From a virus (taxonomy: Duplodnaviria > Caudoviricetes): a DNA stretch of 57,252 bases. Positions 18,399 through 28,920 of this stretch are shown here, one piece after another; positions within the stretch are counted from its first letter, which is position 1; every line of letters starts with the position of its first letter. The position numbers and the translations under genes are program-made. The stretch lies in IMG/VR virus record IMGVR_UViG_3300017987_000106, positions 1 to 57,252 of that record. One strand, given 5' to 3'. The notes below the pieces were generated by a model. That model worked only from the letters and a program-made list of their open reading frames with translations. It was not told the origin of the DNA and did no database searches.

Positions 18399-21105
18399 CG
18401 TCTTTGCCCTCTTCGGACTCGCGGCCAACCAGGTCTATCGACAGCTTGGAGAATACCTGGACGCTGTTCGGGCTCTGTACTCGGGACAGTCTTTGGCCGG
18501 CCTACCCGCCAGCGTCGAGGTAGGCTTGCTGAGTCAGCACCCAATCCGGCGTAGCATCGCCTACATGCACGTGTTCGATAATGCGCTCACCGGCGAGAAC
18601 GACATCAACAAGGCGGTCGAGTACGCGGAGGAGATCATAGACGATGTCGTCGAAGAGGTCGTGGAGAACGTGCGGGTCCTGACCGTCGAGGGCTTCGACA
18701 ACAATGTCAGAGCACACCTCGATGCCGTAGAGAGCTCCTACGACGACGTGTCCCTACCTGGCCTCGAAGACTACCTGAGCTCATTCAGCAGGTTCACGTT
18801 GACGTCCAAGTCTCTACAGTCAGTGGGCGAGAAGATCCGCGAGCAGCTGACGTTCTACGCGCTGGAGTACTTGAACAAAACGCGTGAGGAGGAAGCAGGT
18901 ACGAGCAACTCGCTGCTGGCTATGCTCATCGCGTCCAAGACTCTCTTGAGGTCGCTGAGCTCTACCCCCTCGTTCTCTGGGGAGGTAATTCTGGGACCGT
19001 TTGACGATTTGACGTTCCCGGATGACGACCTGCTGCTCGAGGGTACGACCGGGGCTACTGTACCAGACGTGGTCGTCCTTTCTGGGGACGGCATCGATCC
19101 GCTTACTGTGACTGCCGATCCTACTGAATCAGGGGACACGACGACTCGTGTCCTCGCCGATGCACCTTTCAAGTTTGCGCTCGAAGCTGAAGTGGTAGTG
19201 GACGACGCCGTCCTACTATCCAGTAGCGGGTCCGGGACACCTGTCTTGCGCACATCTGGGACTGGGGCTACCCCGGTGGTCCCGCCCGACCCGACGCAAG
19301 TCGTGCGCGACGTTGCTGCCCTATTCCAGGCCTACGGGATCGAGTCTGGGGACAGGTGGCTCTCGCTCACAGAGACTGGCGTGGGCCCTGTTGTGAACAA
19401 CCGCTGGCACGTGGTCGAAGAACTGGTCGCAGGGTTCGAGCAGACGGACATACAGGTTACTGTAGCGACGAGCTTCGCGGCTGGTTTGACCATCGACTAC
19501 GAAATCTACAGGCCAGCGACGAATATCCTTGTAGATACGACGGCCAACTTCGGGCTCGGCCTTTTGGGTAAGAGGCTCACCGTCGCCAACCTGGGGAGCA
19601 CGGTCATCACTCGAGTCGTCGACGCCAACACGCTGGAGCTTGCCGACTATCTCATCCCCATCTTGACCGTCGACGGATCTGGGCCAACCACAAACAGCCA
19701 CGATTACACCATCTACGAGTTCCAAGTTCCGGCCGGGCGGGAGGCTCGCGTTACTGATGGGACCGACCTGTTCGACTATGACCTTCCTCCCCGAATAGCT
19801 GTGCGGTTGTCGACAGCTGCTGGCGGGTATTCTGAGGGGCTGCTCGAGGCGGTTGTCGAAGACCAGGCGTTTTTGCTAGAGCAGCTGGTCGTGCCGGGAT
19901 CCTATACGGCACTTTTCGTATTCCCCGTCCAGCCTGGGGACGTTCTCCACTTTGCGGCCTCTGACCACGTTGTCACCAAGGTTGTGGCCGACGATTTGGT
20001 TTTCGTCTCCCCTCCGGTTGAGGCCACGCTTGCGGCTGAGGAGGCGAAGATTCTGCCTCCTCAATTCTCTGGTGTGACGAGGGTGTTCTATGACGCTTCA
20101 GCAGACTTCGAGGCCGCGGGCGTGTACCCGGACAGCCTCCTCATCGTTACAGTAGAGGGGAAGGTGCGCAGGTGCGCTATCAAGGCTGTGACGACGAACT
20201 CCTTGCGGTTGAACATACCTCTGTTAGTCGACAAGACCAACCTCGATTATCGGATACTCAGGCGGGAGGATGCCAGTACTGATTGGGCCGAGACCTCTGA
20301 GAGCTTGGCTTCTGTGCAGGTTGACGACATGCTGTCCGCGTCCGGTCGCACTGAAAGTACGATCACCGGCATTGATGGCCAGATCATGACGGTCTCTCCA
20401 GGCAGCCCTGTTACCGCAGACCCCACATCCGGGCTGGTCTCTCGTGGCGGGACAGCTGGGTATGGGCACTACGCCATGGCGCAGGACTTGCTCTTCGGAG
20501 GCACCCCTACAGAGCTGCTCGACCCTACCAATCTCCGCAGCAAGATCGGTCTCTGCATCACGGACCCGGGAGATACGGGAGCGTCCATCTCGACGACAGG
20601 AGCATCCGAGCTCATAGATGCTGGCGGTGAAGTCTCAGACAGGATGCGCGTTCCTGGGTTGTCATTCTTGGACATCAAGTTCGGGGACCTCTTGGAAATC
20701 TCTACCTCAGACTTGTCCGGTCCTGTGGTCCTGTACCGATACGTGAGGGAGTGGCTCGAGTCTGATTCTCTGATCTCGTTCTTCCCGTCGATCGACTTGT
20801 CCACGTACTCGGACAGCTTGACGGCCGTCGACCTCAGAAGGTCGAAAGGGTCGAACGCCATCTACGAAGCTTCTTTGGTGGAGGCCTCTGTTGTCGCTGT
20901 CCGGGCGGTGATCAGCCAGCTCGTCTCTCCGAAGGTGTCTTCTCTGGATTCCCTCTTGGCGTTTTTGGCCTCGAGGAAGTACGATCGTGCTGTCGATCTG
21001 CTTGTCGCTGGGGACCTCGAAACACTGGCGGCTTCCAGTGAGAAAGGGCTATCCTATGCTGGGTATCTTGGGGAGCTGGTGGCCGAGACCGTCCCCCTGC
21101 TTTGA
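18241..21105 (+). CDS. Large tail/baseplate-associated protein with repeated beta domains (~954 aa)
   Basis: Repeated D-x-x-A-x-F-(x)n-G-V-x-x-G-D-like modules flanked by helical termini. GTG 18241 with an upstream GGAG. Confidence 0.55.
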   Translation: MSISVAEVEAEIRKILQGGIRRALRVGGFPNVVEEVNSIFEQLSLTLTTEPSSVFALFGLAANQVYRQLGEYLDAVRALYSGQSLAGLPASVEVGLLSQHPIRRSIAYMHVFDNALTGENDINKAVEYAEEIIDDVVEEVVENVRVLTVEGFDNNVRAHLDAVESSYDDVSLPGLEDYLSSFSRFTLTSKSLQSVGEKIREQLTFYALEYLNKTREEEAGTSNSLLAMLIASKTLLRSLSSTPSFSGEVILGPFDDLTFPDDDLLLEGTTGATVPDVVVLSGDGIDPLTVTADPTESGDTTTRVLADAPFKFALEAEVVVDDAVLLSSSGSGTPVLRTSGTGATPVVPPDPTQVVRDVAALFQAYGIESGDRWLSLTETGVGPVVNNRWHVVEELVAGFEQTDIQVTVATSFAAGLTIDYEIYRPATNILVDTTANFGLGLLGKRLTVANLGSTVITRVVDANTLELADYLIPILTVDGSGPTTNSHDYTIYEFQVPAGREARVTDGTDLFDYDLPPRIAVRLSTAAGGYSEGLLEAVVEDQAFLLEQLVVPGSYTALFVFPVQPGDVLHFAASDHVVTKVVADDLVFVSPPVEATLAAEEAKILPPQFSGVTRVFYDASADFEAAGVYPDSLLIVTVEGKVRRCAIKAVTTNSLRLNIPLLVDKTNLDYRILRREDASTDWAETSESLASVQVDDMLSASGRTESTITGIDGQIMTVSPGSPVTADPTSGLVSRGGTAGYGHYAMAQDLLFGGTPTELLDPTNLRSKIGLCITDPGDTGASISTTGASELIDAGGEVSDRMRVPGLSFLDIKFGDLLEISTSDLSGPVVLYRYVREWLESDSLISFFPSIDLSTYSDSLTAVDLRRSKGSNAIYEASLVEASVVAVRAVISQLVSPKVSSLDSLLAFLASRKYDRAVDLLVAGDLETLAASSEKGLSYAGYLGELVAETVPLL

Positions 21106-21112
21106 GTAAGGA

Positions 21113-21412
21113 ATGTCTGAAACTACTGCAGAACAGCGGCAACGAGAGGCTCTCCAGCTCCAAGTCAGGACTGCCCTCGGTCGCGCGTACGCCTTTGTCC
21201 ATTCGCGGAGTCGGCTTGAGCAGACTCTAGTGCGCTCAGTAGACGACCTCAAGCAGGCTGCGTTGGAGAAGATCGACGGCACAGAACCTACGGCGACTTT
21301 TCTTAGAACGCGTAGGAGCTTGACAGAGAAGGAAAGAATAGAGGAAGTACGTAGAGGGATCCACGAGGCGATTACGGTAGCCCGTTCACACCCGGAGTTC
21401 GGAAGTGAGTGA
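21113..21412 (+). CDS. Hypothetical helical protein (99 aa)
   Basis: Tight packing; overlaps the next start. Confidence 0.55.
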   Translation: MSETTAEQRQREALQLQVRTALGRAYAFVHSRSRLEQTLVRSVDDLKQAALEKIDGTEPTATFLRTRRSLTEKERIEEVRRGIHEAITVARSHPEFGSE

Positions 21413-22067
21413 CATCCAGGTGTTCAAAGTCGTGGACGTCGTCGATGGCGTTCCGATAAGCGATACGACTTCAGGCGGAGAGCGGACCGTCCGCTTGAGG
21501 ATGGCCGGAAAGGCTTCCCTAGTAGCCGAGGTCACCGTCAACGGCCACATGGCAAAGGACTTTGCAGCCGTCAGTGAGCGATTTCTGGACGTGGTTCTCC
21601 CCTCCCAGGTCATTGACTACGAGGTCGGGGACCTGCGCTTTCTGGTTTTGAGCTCCGGGTTCACGGCCAAGGCTAGAACGTACGAGATCCTCTTCGACAT
21701 AGGGCGTGTGTCGACGATGATTCGCGGTCGCGACATCCTGGTCCAGCGCTGGATCAGGTTCTTGTTGATGTCGCGGGGTTCCGACAAGCGAGACCCAAAT
21801 GGCGGTGTCGGCTTCCTTCGCCTGGCTGGGCAGGTTACTCCTGCCAATCTGCAAGCTATGCGGGTGGTCGTTGCTAGGATGCACCATGAATGCAAGAGGC
21901 AGATCATCCAACGGCAGACTCGAGAAATTCGCCGGACTAACCGTGCCGAGATCTTAAAGGATGCCACCTTGACGAACGTGTCCCTGGACGACGACGGACG
22001 CCTTGTCGTCGAGTCAATGTTGATTGACGGGGCTAACAGAACTTTCACCGTTGGGACGAGGGTGTAG
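21405..22067 (+). CDS. Baseplate wedge protein, gp25/gpW-like C-terminal domain
   Basis: GRDILVQRWIRFLLMSRGSDKRDPNGGVG; immediately precedes the baseplate J-like gene. Confidence 0.6.
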   Translation: MSDIQVFKVVDVVDGVPISDTTSGGERTVRLRMAGKASLVAEVTVNGHMAKDFAAVSERFLDVVLPSQVIDYEVGDLRFLVLSSGFTAKARTYEILFDIGRVSTMIRGRDILVQRWIRFLLMSRGSDKRDPNGGVGFLRLAGQVTPANLQAMRVVVARMHHECKRQIIQRQTREIRRTNRAEILKDATLTNVSLDDDGRLVVESMLIDGANRTFTVGTRV

Positions 22068-22069
22068 CT

Positions 22070-24754
22070 ATGGCGAGTGGAGTCAACGCTTCCCTAAGGG
22101 AATTCATCGAAGAGAGGATGGCGGTCTACGACTCTGACATCGATACGGACTCTGGTTCTGAGTTCGACCAGCTCGTCATTGTCCCACTTCTCAACCGCCT
22201 CGGCCCGGATACGACTGAGACGGACGCTGAGCAGATCGTCATCGATCGTGTCAGGACCCACGACCCTACTATCTCCGTGGACGTCGGCAGCGGTATCAGG
22301 GACGGACTCATCACCCCTCTGGGCGCCATCTTGGAGCCTTTTCGTAGGGCAGTGAACCTGGTGCTTCTCAGGAATAGCTGGACGAACGTCGAGTCCATGA
22401 CCAACGAGGAGGCCGATATCCTGGCAGAGAACGTCTTCTACTACAGGGATGAGGGGGAGAAGTCCATCGGGTCCATCCGGTTGAAGTTTGCCTCCCCCAG
22501 GGACGTTTCGGTAACCCTTCAAAACGTCGCCTACGCGGGTAGTTTGAGGTTTGTACCAACTCTTCCGCAGTCTATCTCCAGGTTGGAGATGACAGCGCAG
22601 ATGACTGGCGCTTACTACTACATGGACGTTTCGATGATCGCCGAGCAGGCCGGGGAAGAGTACAATGTGGAGGCCGGTACCATCTCTGAGATCGACGGCG
22701 TCACAGGGGTTGTAGGCGTAGAGCAGCTGGCGGACTTCCGCGATGGGCGGACTACCCAAACGAACCTCGAGCTCCGCGATGCAGCTCAGACCAGCATCGT
22801 CGTCAGGAACCTAGTTACTGAACGGAGCATCCTCACAGTCCTGCCAGACCAAGAGCACTACCCAGAGATCGGCGCGATTCTCGTCGTCGGTAGGATGGAT
22901 CCTGCAATGTCCCGAGACTTGGTCTACGGCCCTGCCTCTATCGGAGGTATCCCGCAGGGAATCAAAGGCGGGTCTGCGCCCGACATCGTCGTCGGCGAGA
23001 AGTTCCACATGGGCGGCTTTACAGACATCTGGGCTGCTCCGAGCGCTAGCACATCGGACGTGACCGAGTCCATTGACGTCAAGAACATCTCCGATGAGGG
23101 TGCCCTCGTCTTCAGTTCTGAGACAGGCTACGTGAATGCAGGTACCCCCGGAGTTCTGGAGGACATCCGCGCTTTCTTCACCGAGGTCGACGAGGGCTTC
23201 CTACCTGTCCAAGTGGACGACTACGTCATCGTTGAGGGCCAGCATAGTGGCGGGCAACACATCGAGTACGTCGTTACGGCGGTCAACGATACCGACATCG
23301 AGGTGACTCCAGATATAGCCTCCGGGTCCAGCTTGTCGGAGGTGTCCTACGAGATCCGCCGCCGGTACCCAGGTTTCGTGTCTGTCAGCGTCGACACGTT
23401 GGTGGCCGAGGCAGACGGGTCTCCCGTCTTGGACTCAAGTGGGAACCCTTACCTCCCAAAGCCTGGGTTGGTCAAAGAGTCAGAAGGCGTCTTAGCCGCG
23501 TCCAACAAGGGTAGCGGGAACGTGTCTCTCCCCTTGTTCTACATATCGCGCGTGGAGTTCTTGGACCCCATAACTGACCAGCCGACTGGTGAGGTAGTGC
23601 CGGAAGGGGACCCGATCGTGTTGTACATCTCTGACCGGGCGTCATCCTCGGTCGTCTGGGTCAGGGTCGTGTACCGGTACCCAACGCGCTTCGTCTTGCA
23701 GATGAATCACAAGCTCTGGACCTTGGATGCCGGAACCTACTACGTGCCACCTGTGCTTTCGGGAACGGCTACCTTGGTCAGCTCGACGGTCGTGGAGATC
23801 GACGGGGTACACTACGACAGCACTCCCTACGTATCTTGCTACCCGGACAGGAAGCCCCAACCAGGGGACTACATCGAGTACTACGATCCAGCCTCACCAG
23901 GTACAGCTCTTGCCGGATCAGTGGTCGTTGCCACCAACGTCGGGGCGTCGAACCGCTACGAAGTCGAGGAGGCTGTCCTCCCGTTCCCGGGAACGCCCGG
24001 GTACGAAGCACGGATTCTACAAGGGTCTAGGAAGTCGGACATGACGTCTACAGACGCTTTCGGGTTCTACTACTTCGATATGCTCATGGAGAGGTATACG
24101 GGAACCCGACAAGAGGTGGGCACACCACTAGCTTCTCCGACGAATGCCTTTCTCTTGACGCAGGGGTGGAGACTCGTACCAAGATTGGAAGGGTACGGCT
24201 TCTCGACTCTCGAGGAACCGGGCTTGACGATCACGAGCAAAGTCAACGACACGACCGACGTGGACGGGGAGTCGATCAGGATCACCTACTTGACGACTCC
24301 CCTGTTCCGAGACGTGCAGGACTTCTTGGACAGCGACTCGGAAAGGGTGCCGGCGGAGGACATGCTGATTCGCCGAATGCCTCCGGCGAGGGTCCACATT
24401 GCTATGAACTTCAAGCCAGATTCGGTCACCGACCTTCCGACAGAGGAAGAAGCTGAGTCTGGCCTCGCCGAATACATCGAGGCTTCCGTATCGTCTGAGG
24501 AAGAAGCCTACGGCTCGGCGACGGCCATCTCCAATGTCGTTGAGGAACTGGGAGCGAGGAAGGTAGAGTACCCCTTCAGCACTATCGTGGAGTACGCTGG
24601 GAAGGCTCGTTCCGGCCAGGGGTTGTTGGGGAGGCTTATGAGCTTCCACGGGTATGATGGGTTCTCCGTGCCCGAGAACATCAGCACAGCCATCGAGAGC
24701 CTGTTCCGCATGGCGCAGTTCATCCCAGGAAACATTGAGGTGGTTGAGGACTGA
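22070..24754 (+). CDS. Baseplate J/gp6-like wedge protein (894 aa)
   Basis: VGSGIRDGLITP, AEQAGEEYNVEAGTISEI, DFRDGRTTQTNLELRD match the baseplate J pattern. Confidence 0.75.
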   Translation: MASGVNASLREFIEERMAVYDSDIDTDSGSEFDQLVIVPLLNRLGPDTTETDAEQIVIDRVRTHDPTISVDVGSGIRDGLITPLGAILEPFRRAVNLVLLRNSWTNVESMTNEEADILAENVFYYRDEGEKSIGSIRLKFASPRDVSVTLQNVAYAGSLRFVPTLPQSISRLEMTAQMTGAYYYMDVSMIAEQAGEEYNVEAGTISEIDGVTGVVGVEQLADFRDGRTTQTNLELRDAAQTSIVVRNLVTERSILTVLPDQEHYPEIGAILVVGRMDPAMSRDLVYGPASIGGIPQGIKGGSAPDIVVGEKFHMGGFTDIWAAPSASTSDVTESIDVKNISDEGALVFSSETGYVNAGTPGVLEDIRAFFTEVDEGFLPVQVDDYVIVEGQHSGGQHIEYVVTAVNDTDIEVTPDIASGSSLSEVSYEIRRRYPGFVSVSVDTLVAEADGSPVLDSSGNPYLPKPGLVKESEGVLAASNKGSGNVSLPLFYISRVEFLDPITDQPTGEVVPEGDPIVLYISDRASSSVVWVRVVYRYPTRFVLQMNHKLWTLDAGTYYVPPVLSGTATLVSSTVVEIDGVHYDSTPYVSCYPDRKPQPGDYIEYYDPASPGTALAGSVVVATNVGASNRYEVEEAVLPFPGTPGYEARILQGSRKSDMTSTDAFGFYYFDMLMERYTGTRQEVGTPLASPTNAFLLTQGWRLVPRLEGYGFSTLEEPGLTITSKVNDTTDVDGESIRITYLTTPLFRDVQDFLDSDSERVPAEDMLIRRMPPARVHIAMNFKPDSVTDLPTEEEAESGLAEYIEASVSSEEEAYGSATAISNVVEELGARKVEYPFSTIVEYAGKARSGQGLLGRLMSFHGYDGFSVPENISTAIESLFRMAQFIPGNIEVVED

Positions 24755-26064
24755 TGACTTTCCCTGTCGACGCTACATACATCGACGGCAACGGCAAGCA
24801 GGTGTTGCTGTCAGATAACGTTCGGGCCATCGAGGCCGTCGACCTGAGCGGCAGCTCTTTCTGGAGTCCGGATGCAACCTATACGGGGTTCGGTGCCGAC
24901 GGGAACTACTACGAGAACGGCGATGCCACCTCTGACAGGGCCACGTGGGCTGTCGAGGAGGACGGCGATCACCGCGGAACTCTCAACCGCTTCCCGCAGA
25001 CGTTTTTTGCTGTGCTGACGGACCAAGAGCTGTCTATCATTGCAGCAGACACCTTCGACCTCTTCATCCGCTTCATCGTCTTGGAGGTTCCCTCTTTGCC
25101 ATCAGGAGACCCCGGCATCTTCCTCGAGTGGGAGGAGGACGAGTCCCTGCCAGGACTGGGGACCGTTTTGGGGATCGACGGGGATTCCTTGAATGCTGTC
25201 TCTTGGGGCGGCGGCAGGCTTGTGGTCTCGACTGACAACGCTACGCGAGTCATCGACTTCAGAGAGGACAGATCCTACGCTTTTCGGGACGGCGGCCACT
25301 ACCGCTACCGGTCTGAGGTCCATGCGGGTCTGGATAGCAGGAACCTTCCCAGCTTTTTCGGAGACGGTGTTTTCTCCCCAGCCGGCCCGTCAATCAGCGA
25401 CGCTGTTGCGTCTTTCACTTCCGGTACGAGCACCTACTTCATTGTTGGGAGTGAGACCGGAGTGACGGTGTTTTGGTGGGCTGGTAACGGCATCGCCAGT
25501 CTGCAAACGCAGGACACTCCTCTTGGCGGAGAGTCTCGAGGACATGCTGTGACCAGCGGCGGGGAGCTCTATGTCCTCATCAAGTACGACGACGGCGGAG
25601 ACAGATTGAAGATCGTACGGAGCATCTCCGAGTGGCAATCTGTAGGAGGGAGCTTCAGCGGTAGCGTGCATCAGGTATCTCTTCCCCTGTGGGTAGGAGG
25701 AGAGGGCCGTTTGGCGGTCCACGGCGATGTGGCCTACGTCGGAGTTGGATCTGGGGTTTGGCGTACAGACAGGGTCGGCCTGACTGCTCCGGAACTCCTC
25801 TTCGGTAAGACACTTGCGGCCACAGAGCCTGTAGCTCCCTTGTACGACGTGCTGTCTCAAGTGGACAGTGCCGTCACGACCATCCAGGTCGATTCGACGA
25901 CTGGACAACTAGCCGTATTGTACGGAGACGTCCTGACGCTCGTGCACCTTGGGAAGAACACTGCCGAGGCTAGCTACTCGACAGGGCCTGACAGTAATCC
26001 AAGACTCCCCTCCACTCCCAGGGCCCTCGCTTCGTACAATTTCACCGTCGGGGAGGTGTTCTAG
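24754..26064 (+). CDS. Putative beta-propeller-like virion protein (436 aa)
   Basis: Repeated short beta-strand blades (YFIVGSETGVTVF, AYVGVGSGVWR); TGATG coupling. Confidence 0.45.
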   Translation: MTFPVDATYIDGNGKQVLLSDNVRAIEAVDLSGSSFWSPDATYTGFGADGNYYENGDATSDRATWAVEEDGDHRGTLNRFPQTFFAVLTDQELSIIAADTFDLFIRFIVLEVPSLPSGDPGIFLEWEEDESLPGLGTVLGIDGDSLNAVSWGGGRLVVSTDNATRVIDFREDRSYAFRDGGHYRYRSEVHAGLDSRNLPSFFGDGVFSPAGPSISDAVASFTSGTSTYFIVGSETGVTVFWWAGNGIASLQTQDTPLGGESRGHAVTSGGELYVLIKYDDGGDRLKIVRSISEWQSVGGSFSGSVHQVSLPLWVGGEGRLAVHGDVAYVGVGSGVWRTDRVGLTAPELLFGKTLAATEPVAPLYDVLSQVDSAVTTIQVDSTTGQLAVLYGDVLTLVHLGKNTAEASYSTGPDSNPRLPSTPRALASYNFTVGEVF

Positions 26065-28065
26065 ATGAGCATTGCGATAGGCGGAGGAGGGGGCCTAACC
26101 CTCATCACTACGCAGTCCGTGAGGGCTACTGTCTACGACCCCGTCACGCGGGGGAATACGGAGTTCGACGGGCGCCTGTTCTACGAGATTTTGCCAGACG
26201 TCTACTCCCTGCTTGCCGACTATGACCTCCTCCCGAGGATCTGGGAGGGGTACTCTGAGGCGATGTGCGACCTGTTGCTCTCGCTCATCTGTGCCGACTC
26301 CTCGAGGAGCCTGCTCGACGTCGCGCTAGACTACCAGCACAAGTACCAACATATCGATTTCTGGTTCGAGCAGATGATGGTCAACGACCCGCTGCCAGAG
26401 TACGCTGGGAGGGGCTCTCTGAACTTTCCCTACGCGTCGTCGTCGCAGGCTTTGGCCGCGACGTGGAGGACGAAGTTGGCGTCCGATAGGGCAGGCTTCG
26501 AGCTCAGGTCCGACTTCGACCAGAGGGCCACGACCAGGTGGTGGTGGATCGCCGATTATTCACAGCTCGACGCTGGGTCCTACGGCTTCGTCGGGTACTA
26601 CAACTCTACGGCGACGGCTATCGAGAATAGCTTCATGGTAGGCGTGGGGCGGGGAGGGAGGATTGCCGTTCTCCAGGTTGCGCCCAATGGCAGCCCGAAC
26701 ATGGTGGAGACTTCTGCTGTCGTCCCGCTGGACACCAAGGTGCTCTTCCAAGTCGAATATCGCGGCAGCGACAACACCGTCGAGCTCACGGCCGTAGATG
26801 CGACTGATGGTACGGTCTACCTTTCGGGGTTCTCGTACAGTTTGCTGAGTGGCCCGAGTAGTGAGGAGTTCTCTGTGGACAGGTTCGGGTTGGTGAACCT
26901 GGACATCACGGAGACTGACTTCTCAGTCGTCGTTGGGTTCAACCCAGTGAAAGAGCAAGCAGTCGTAGGAAACGTCTACTACCTAGGGTATCTGGACCCG
27001 ACGATGGGAACAGACGTACAAGCTGTCCCAGCCCTCCAAGACAGCTGGGTGGACCCGGTAGTCTTTTGGGAAGACACAGAGAACTACGAGTACCACGAGT
27101 ACTTCTTCGCTTTCGAAGAGCAGCCCGAGGACTTCTTGCTGGCCGAGTACGTCAGCTACAACAGGGAACTCATCAAGAACAGCTTTGGGCTGAATGTGAA
27201 CTTCGATGGACCAAACACGGCTACCTACAAGTCTCAGGTCCAAGCCTTACACAGTGTGTACTGGAAGGGGCCAACTGTTCTGGGCATCCAGCTCGGCACG
27301 CAAGTGCTGTTGGGGCTCCCGTTCTCCGAAGAGGCGGGGGAGGTCCTGTCTGTAAACCCGGCCAAGACCGGGGACACGGGGGAGATCGTCGTCTCTGGGA
27401 AGAACGGCAAGCGTGCCTATGAGTACCCCAACAGCGTAGACGCGGCTGTAGTGGTTGGAGAAACCGTCACTCAGTTCTACCCTTTGACAGAGGGCGTCGA
27501 GGTCAAGGACTGGAAGAACGACCCCAGCTGGTTCCGGCCTTTTCTGGGGGACGTTCACACACCAACGACAGACGTCTTTACAGAGGCCCTGCGCTTCTAT
27601 GAGACGGCCCCAGTTCCGGTCAACGAGGCGCAGAAGTACCACATGTTCATGGTCAGCGTGCACGAGTCGCTGTTCTCGTCCGGACAACTAGCGTCCCTCT
27701 TGGACTTCTTCTCGTCCATCAAGCAGACGTGGAAGGGGATCGTCTTTAGCATCTTTGCCGACCCATCGGACGACGTCAGCCCTGAAGACTCCGTCGAAAT
27801 CAATCTGACAGCACCTGTATGGGACCACGGCGGGGGGTCTCACATCTACGCGCCGAAGTACGGAGCTCCAGGCGGGCCTCCGTACGACTACGCTTATGGC
27901 GGCACTTCGCCGGCCATCCAATACGGAATGTTCCACCCCAGCTTCCCGGACGACCCCCTGGAAGTGCGGTTGACGAACCAAGATGTCGTTCCCCACACGA
28001 TTACAGTGAATGGGTCGCCTGTGACGGTAGATCCTGGAAACACACACGTGGAGTCGATTCCATGA
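26065..28065 (+). CDS. Baseplate wedge protein, gpI/gp7-like (666 aa)
   Basis: YKSQVQALHSVYWKGPTVLGIQLG motif; follows the J-like gene. Confidence 0.55.
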   Translation: MSIAIGGGGGLTLITTQSVRATVYDPVTRGNTEFDGRLFYEILPDVYSLLADYDLLPRIWEGYSEAMCDLLLSLICADSSRSLLDVALDYQHKYQHIDFWFEQMMVNDPLPEYAGRGSLNFPYASSSQALAATWRTKLASDRAGFELRSDFDQRATTRWWWIADYSQLDAGSYGFVGYYNSTATAIENSFMVGVGRGGRIAVLQVAPNGSPNMVETSAVVPLDTKVLFQVEYRGSDNTVELTAVDATDGTVYLSGFSYSLLSGPSSEEFSVDRFGLVNLDITETDFSVVVGFNPVKEQAVVGNVYYLGYLDPTMGTDVQAVPALQDSWVDPVVFWEDTENYEYHEYFFAFEEQPEDFLLAEYVSYNRELIKNSFGLNVNFDGPNTATYKSQVQALHSVYWKGPTVLGIQLGTQVLLGLPFSEEAGEVLSVNPAKTGDTGEIVVSGKNGKRAYEYPNSVDAAVVVGETVTQFYPLTEGVEVKDWKNDPSWFRPFLGDVHTPTTDVFTEALRFYETAPVPVNEAQKYHMFMVSVHESLFSSGQLASLLDFFSSIKQTWKGIVFSIFADPSDDVSPEDSVEINLTAPVWDHGGGSHIYAPKYGAPGGPPYDYAYGGTSPAIQYGMFHPSFPDDPLEVRLTNQDVVPHTITVNGSPVTVDPGNTHVESIP

Positions 28066-28256
28066 TCAGGTATTGGACAGAAAGGGAAAGGCTCTTGGGT
28101 AGCTTGCGCGACTCGGCGTATGGTAGGATACCCGCGCAGGCGGGACCTTCCGAAGGGGTCTGTGTTCGCCTGACCCCTGTCGACAAAACGAAGGACGGGG
28201 CCGAGATCTCTATGGGCACCGTGAACCGCAAGCGCTCGAGGAGGATCAAGCAGTGA
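28062..28256 (+). CDS. Small basic hypothetical protein (64 aa, MIRYWTERER...)
   Basis: ATGA overlap at the start and GTGA overlap at the end; it is the 3' part of track ORF 27819..28256. Confidence 0.5.
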   Translation: MIRYWTERERLLGSLRDSAYGRIPAQAGPSEGVCVRLTPVDKTKDGAEISMGTVNRKRSRRIKQ

Positions 28257-28918
28257 ACCACCAGAAGATGTTCGCAGCAAGCCAGGCCGTCCTCAGCCGG
28301 TACTTGCAGCAGTTCCAGCTCCGGGGAAAGCCCAGAGCACGCGGCAGCGTCTCTGTCGTCCTGAGATATTCCGACCTGTACCCGAATACCAAGCTCAGAG
28401 GTGAGGTCCACGACTACATCGAGCTTGGGTCGAACCTGGTCGTAACCCAGGGCCGATACATGTCGGCTGGGCTGTGGGCAGGAGGAAGCAACGCTGGGCT
28501 GTTTACTGCGAATCGCGGCCTCAATGAGGCTACCGGGCCCAATAACGGATGGGTCATCCGCGGTATGGCCGTCGGGGAAGACGACACTGCTGAGGCTGAT
28601 GGGGACACGGCGCTCGGGTCCCCGATCACCAACCCGGTCTTGGGATCGTACTATCACCCGATCGACCAGATTGAGTTCACTGCGCACCCGAATACCACAG
28701 TCATATTCGGGCGCACCTTCGCCCCGACCGAGCCGACAGCTGCTGATGCCCTCATCAAGGAATTTGGGCTCTATACAGCTGCGCCGGCAGGGTTCCCTGT
28801 CACGACCGACCCAGTCGGGCCGACAGGGGGACCCTTCTTGGTAGCCAGGAAAACCCACGGCCTGATTACCAAGACGGCGGATTTCACGATGCAACTACTG
28901 TGGACGATTGAGTTCTAG
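28253..28918 (+). CDS. Tail fibre-baseplate attachment (tail-collar fibre N-domain-like) protein
   Basis: NLVVTQGR...MAVGEDDT..DTAL...IKEFGLY...LVARKT..ITKTADF..LLWTIEF. Confidence 0.65.
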   Translation: MNHQKMFAASQAVLSRYLQQFQLRGKPRARGSVSVVLRYSDLYPNTKLRGEVHDYIELGSNLVVTQGRYMSAGLWAGGSNAGLFTANRGLNEATGPNNGWVIRGMAVGEDDTAEADGDTALGSPITNPVLGSYYHPIDQIEFTAHPNTTVIFGRTFAPTEPTAADALIKEFGLYTAAPAGFPVTTDPVGPTGGPFLVARKTHGLITKTADFTMQLLWTIEF

Positions 28919-28920
28919 CC

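Noticed and set aside
21320-21350. Perfect TTGACA inside the 99-aa gene
   Set aside because: No acceptable -10 box at 16-18 nt spacing.
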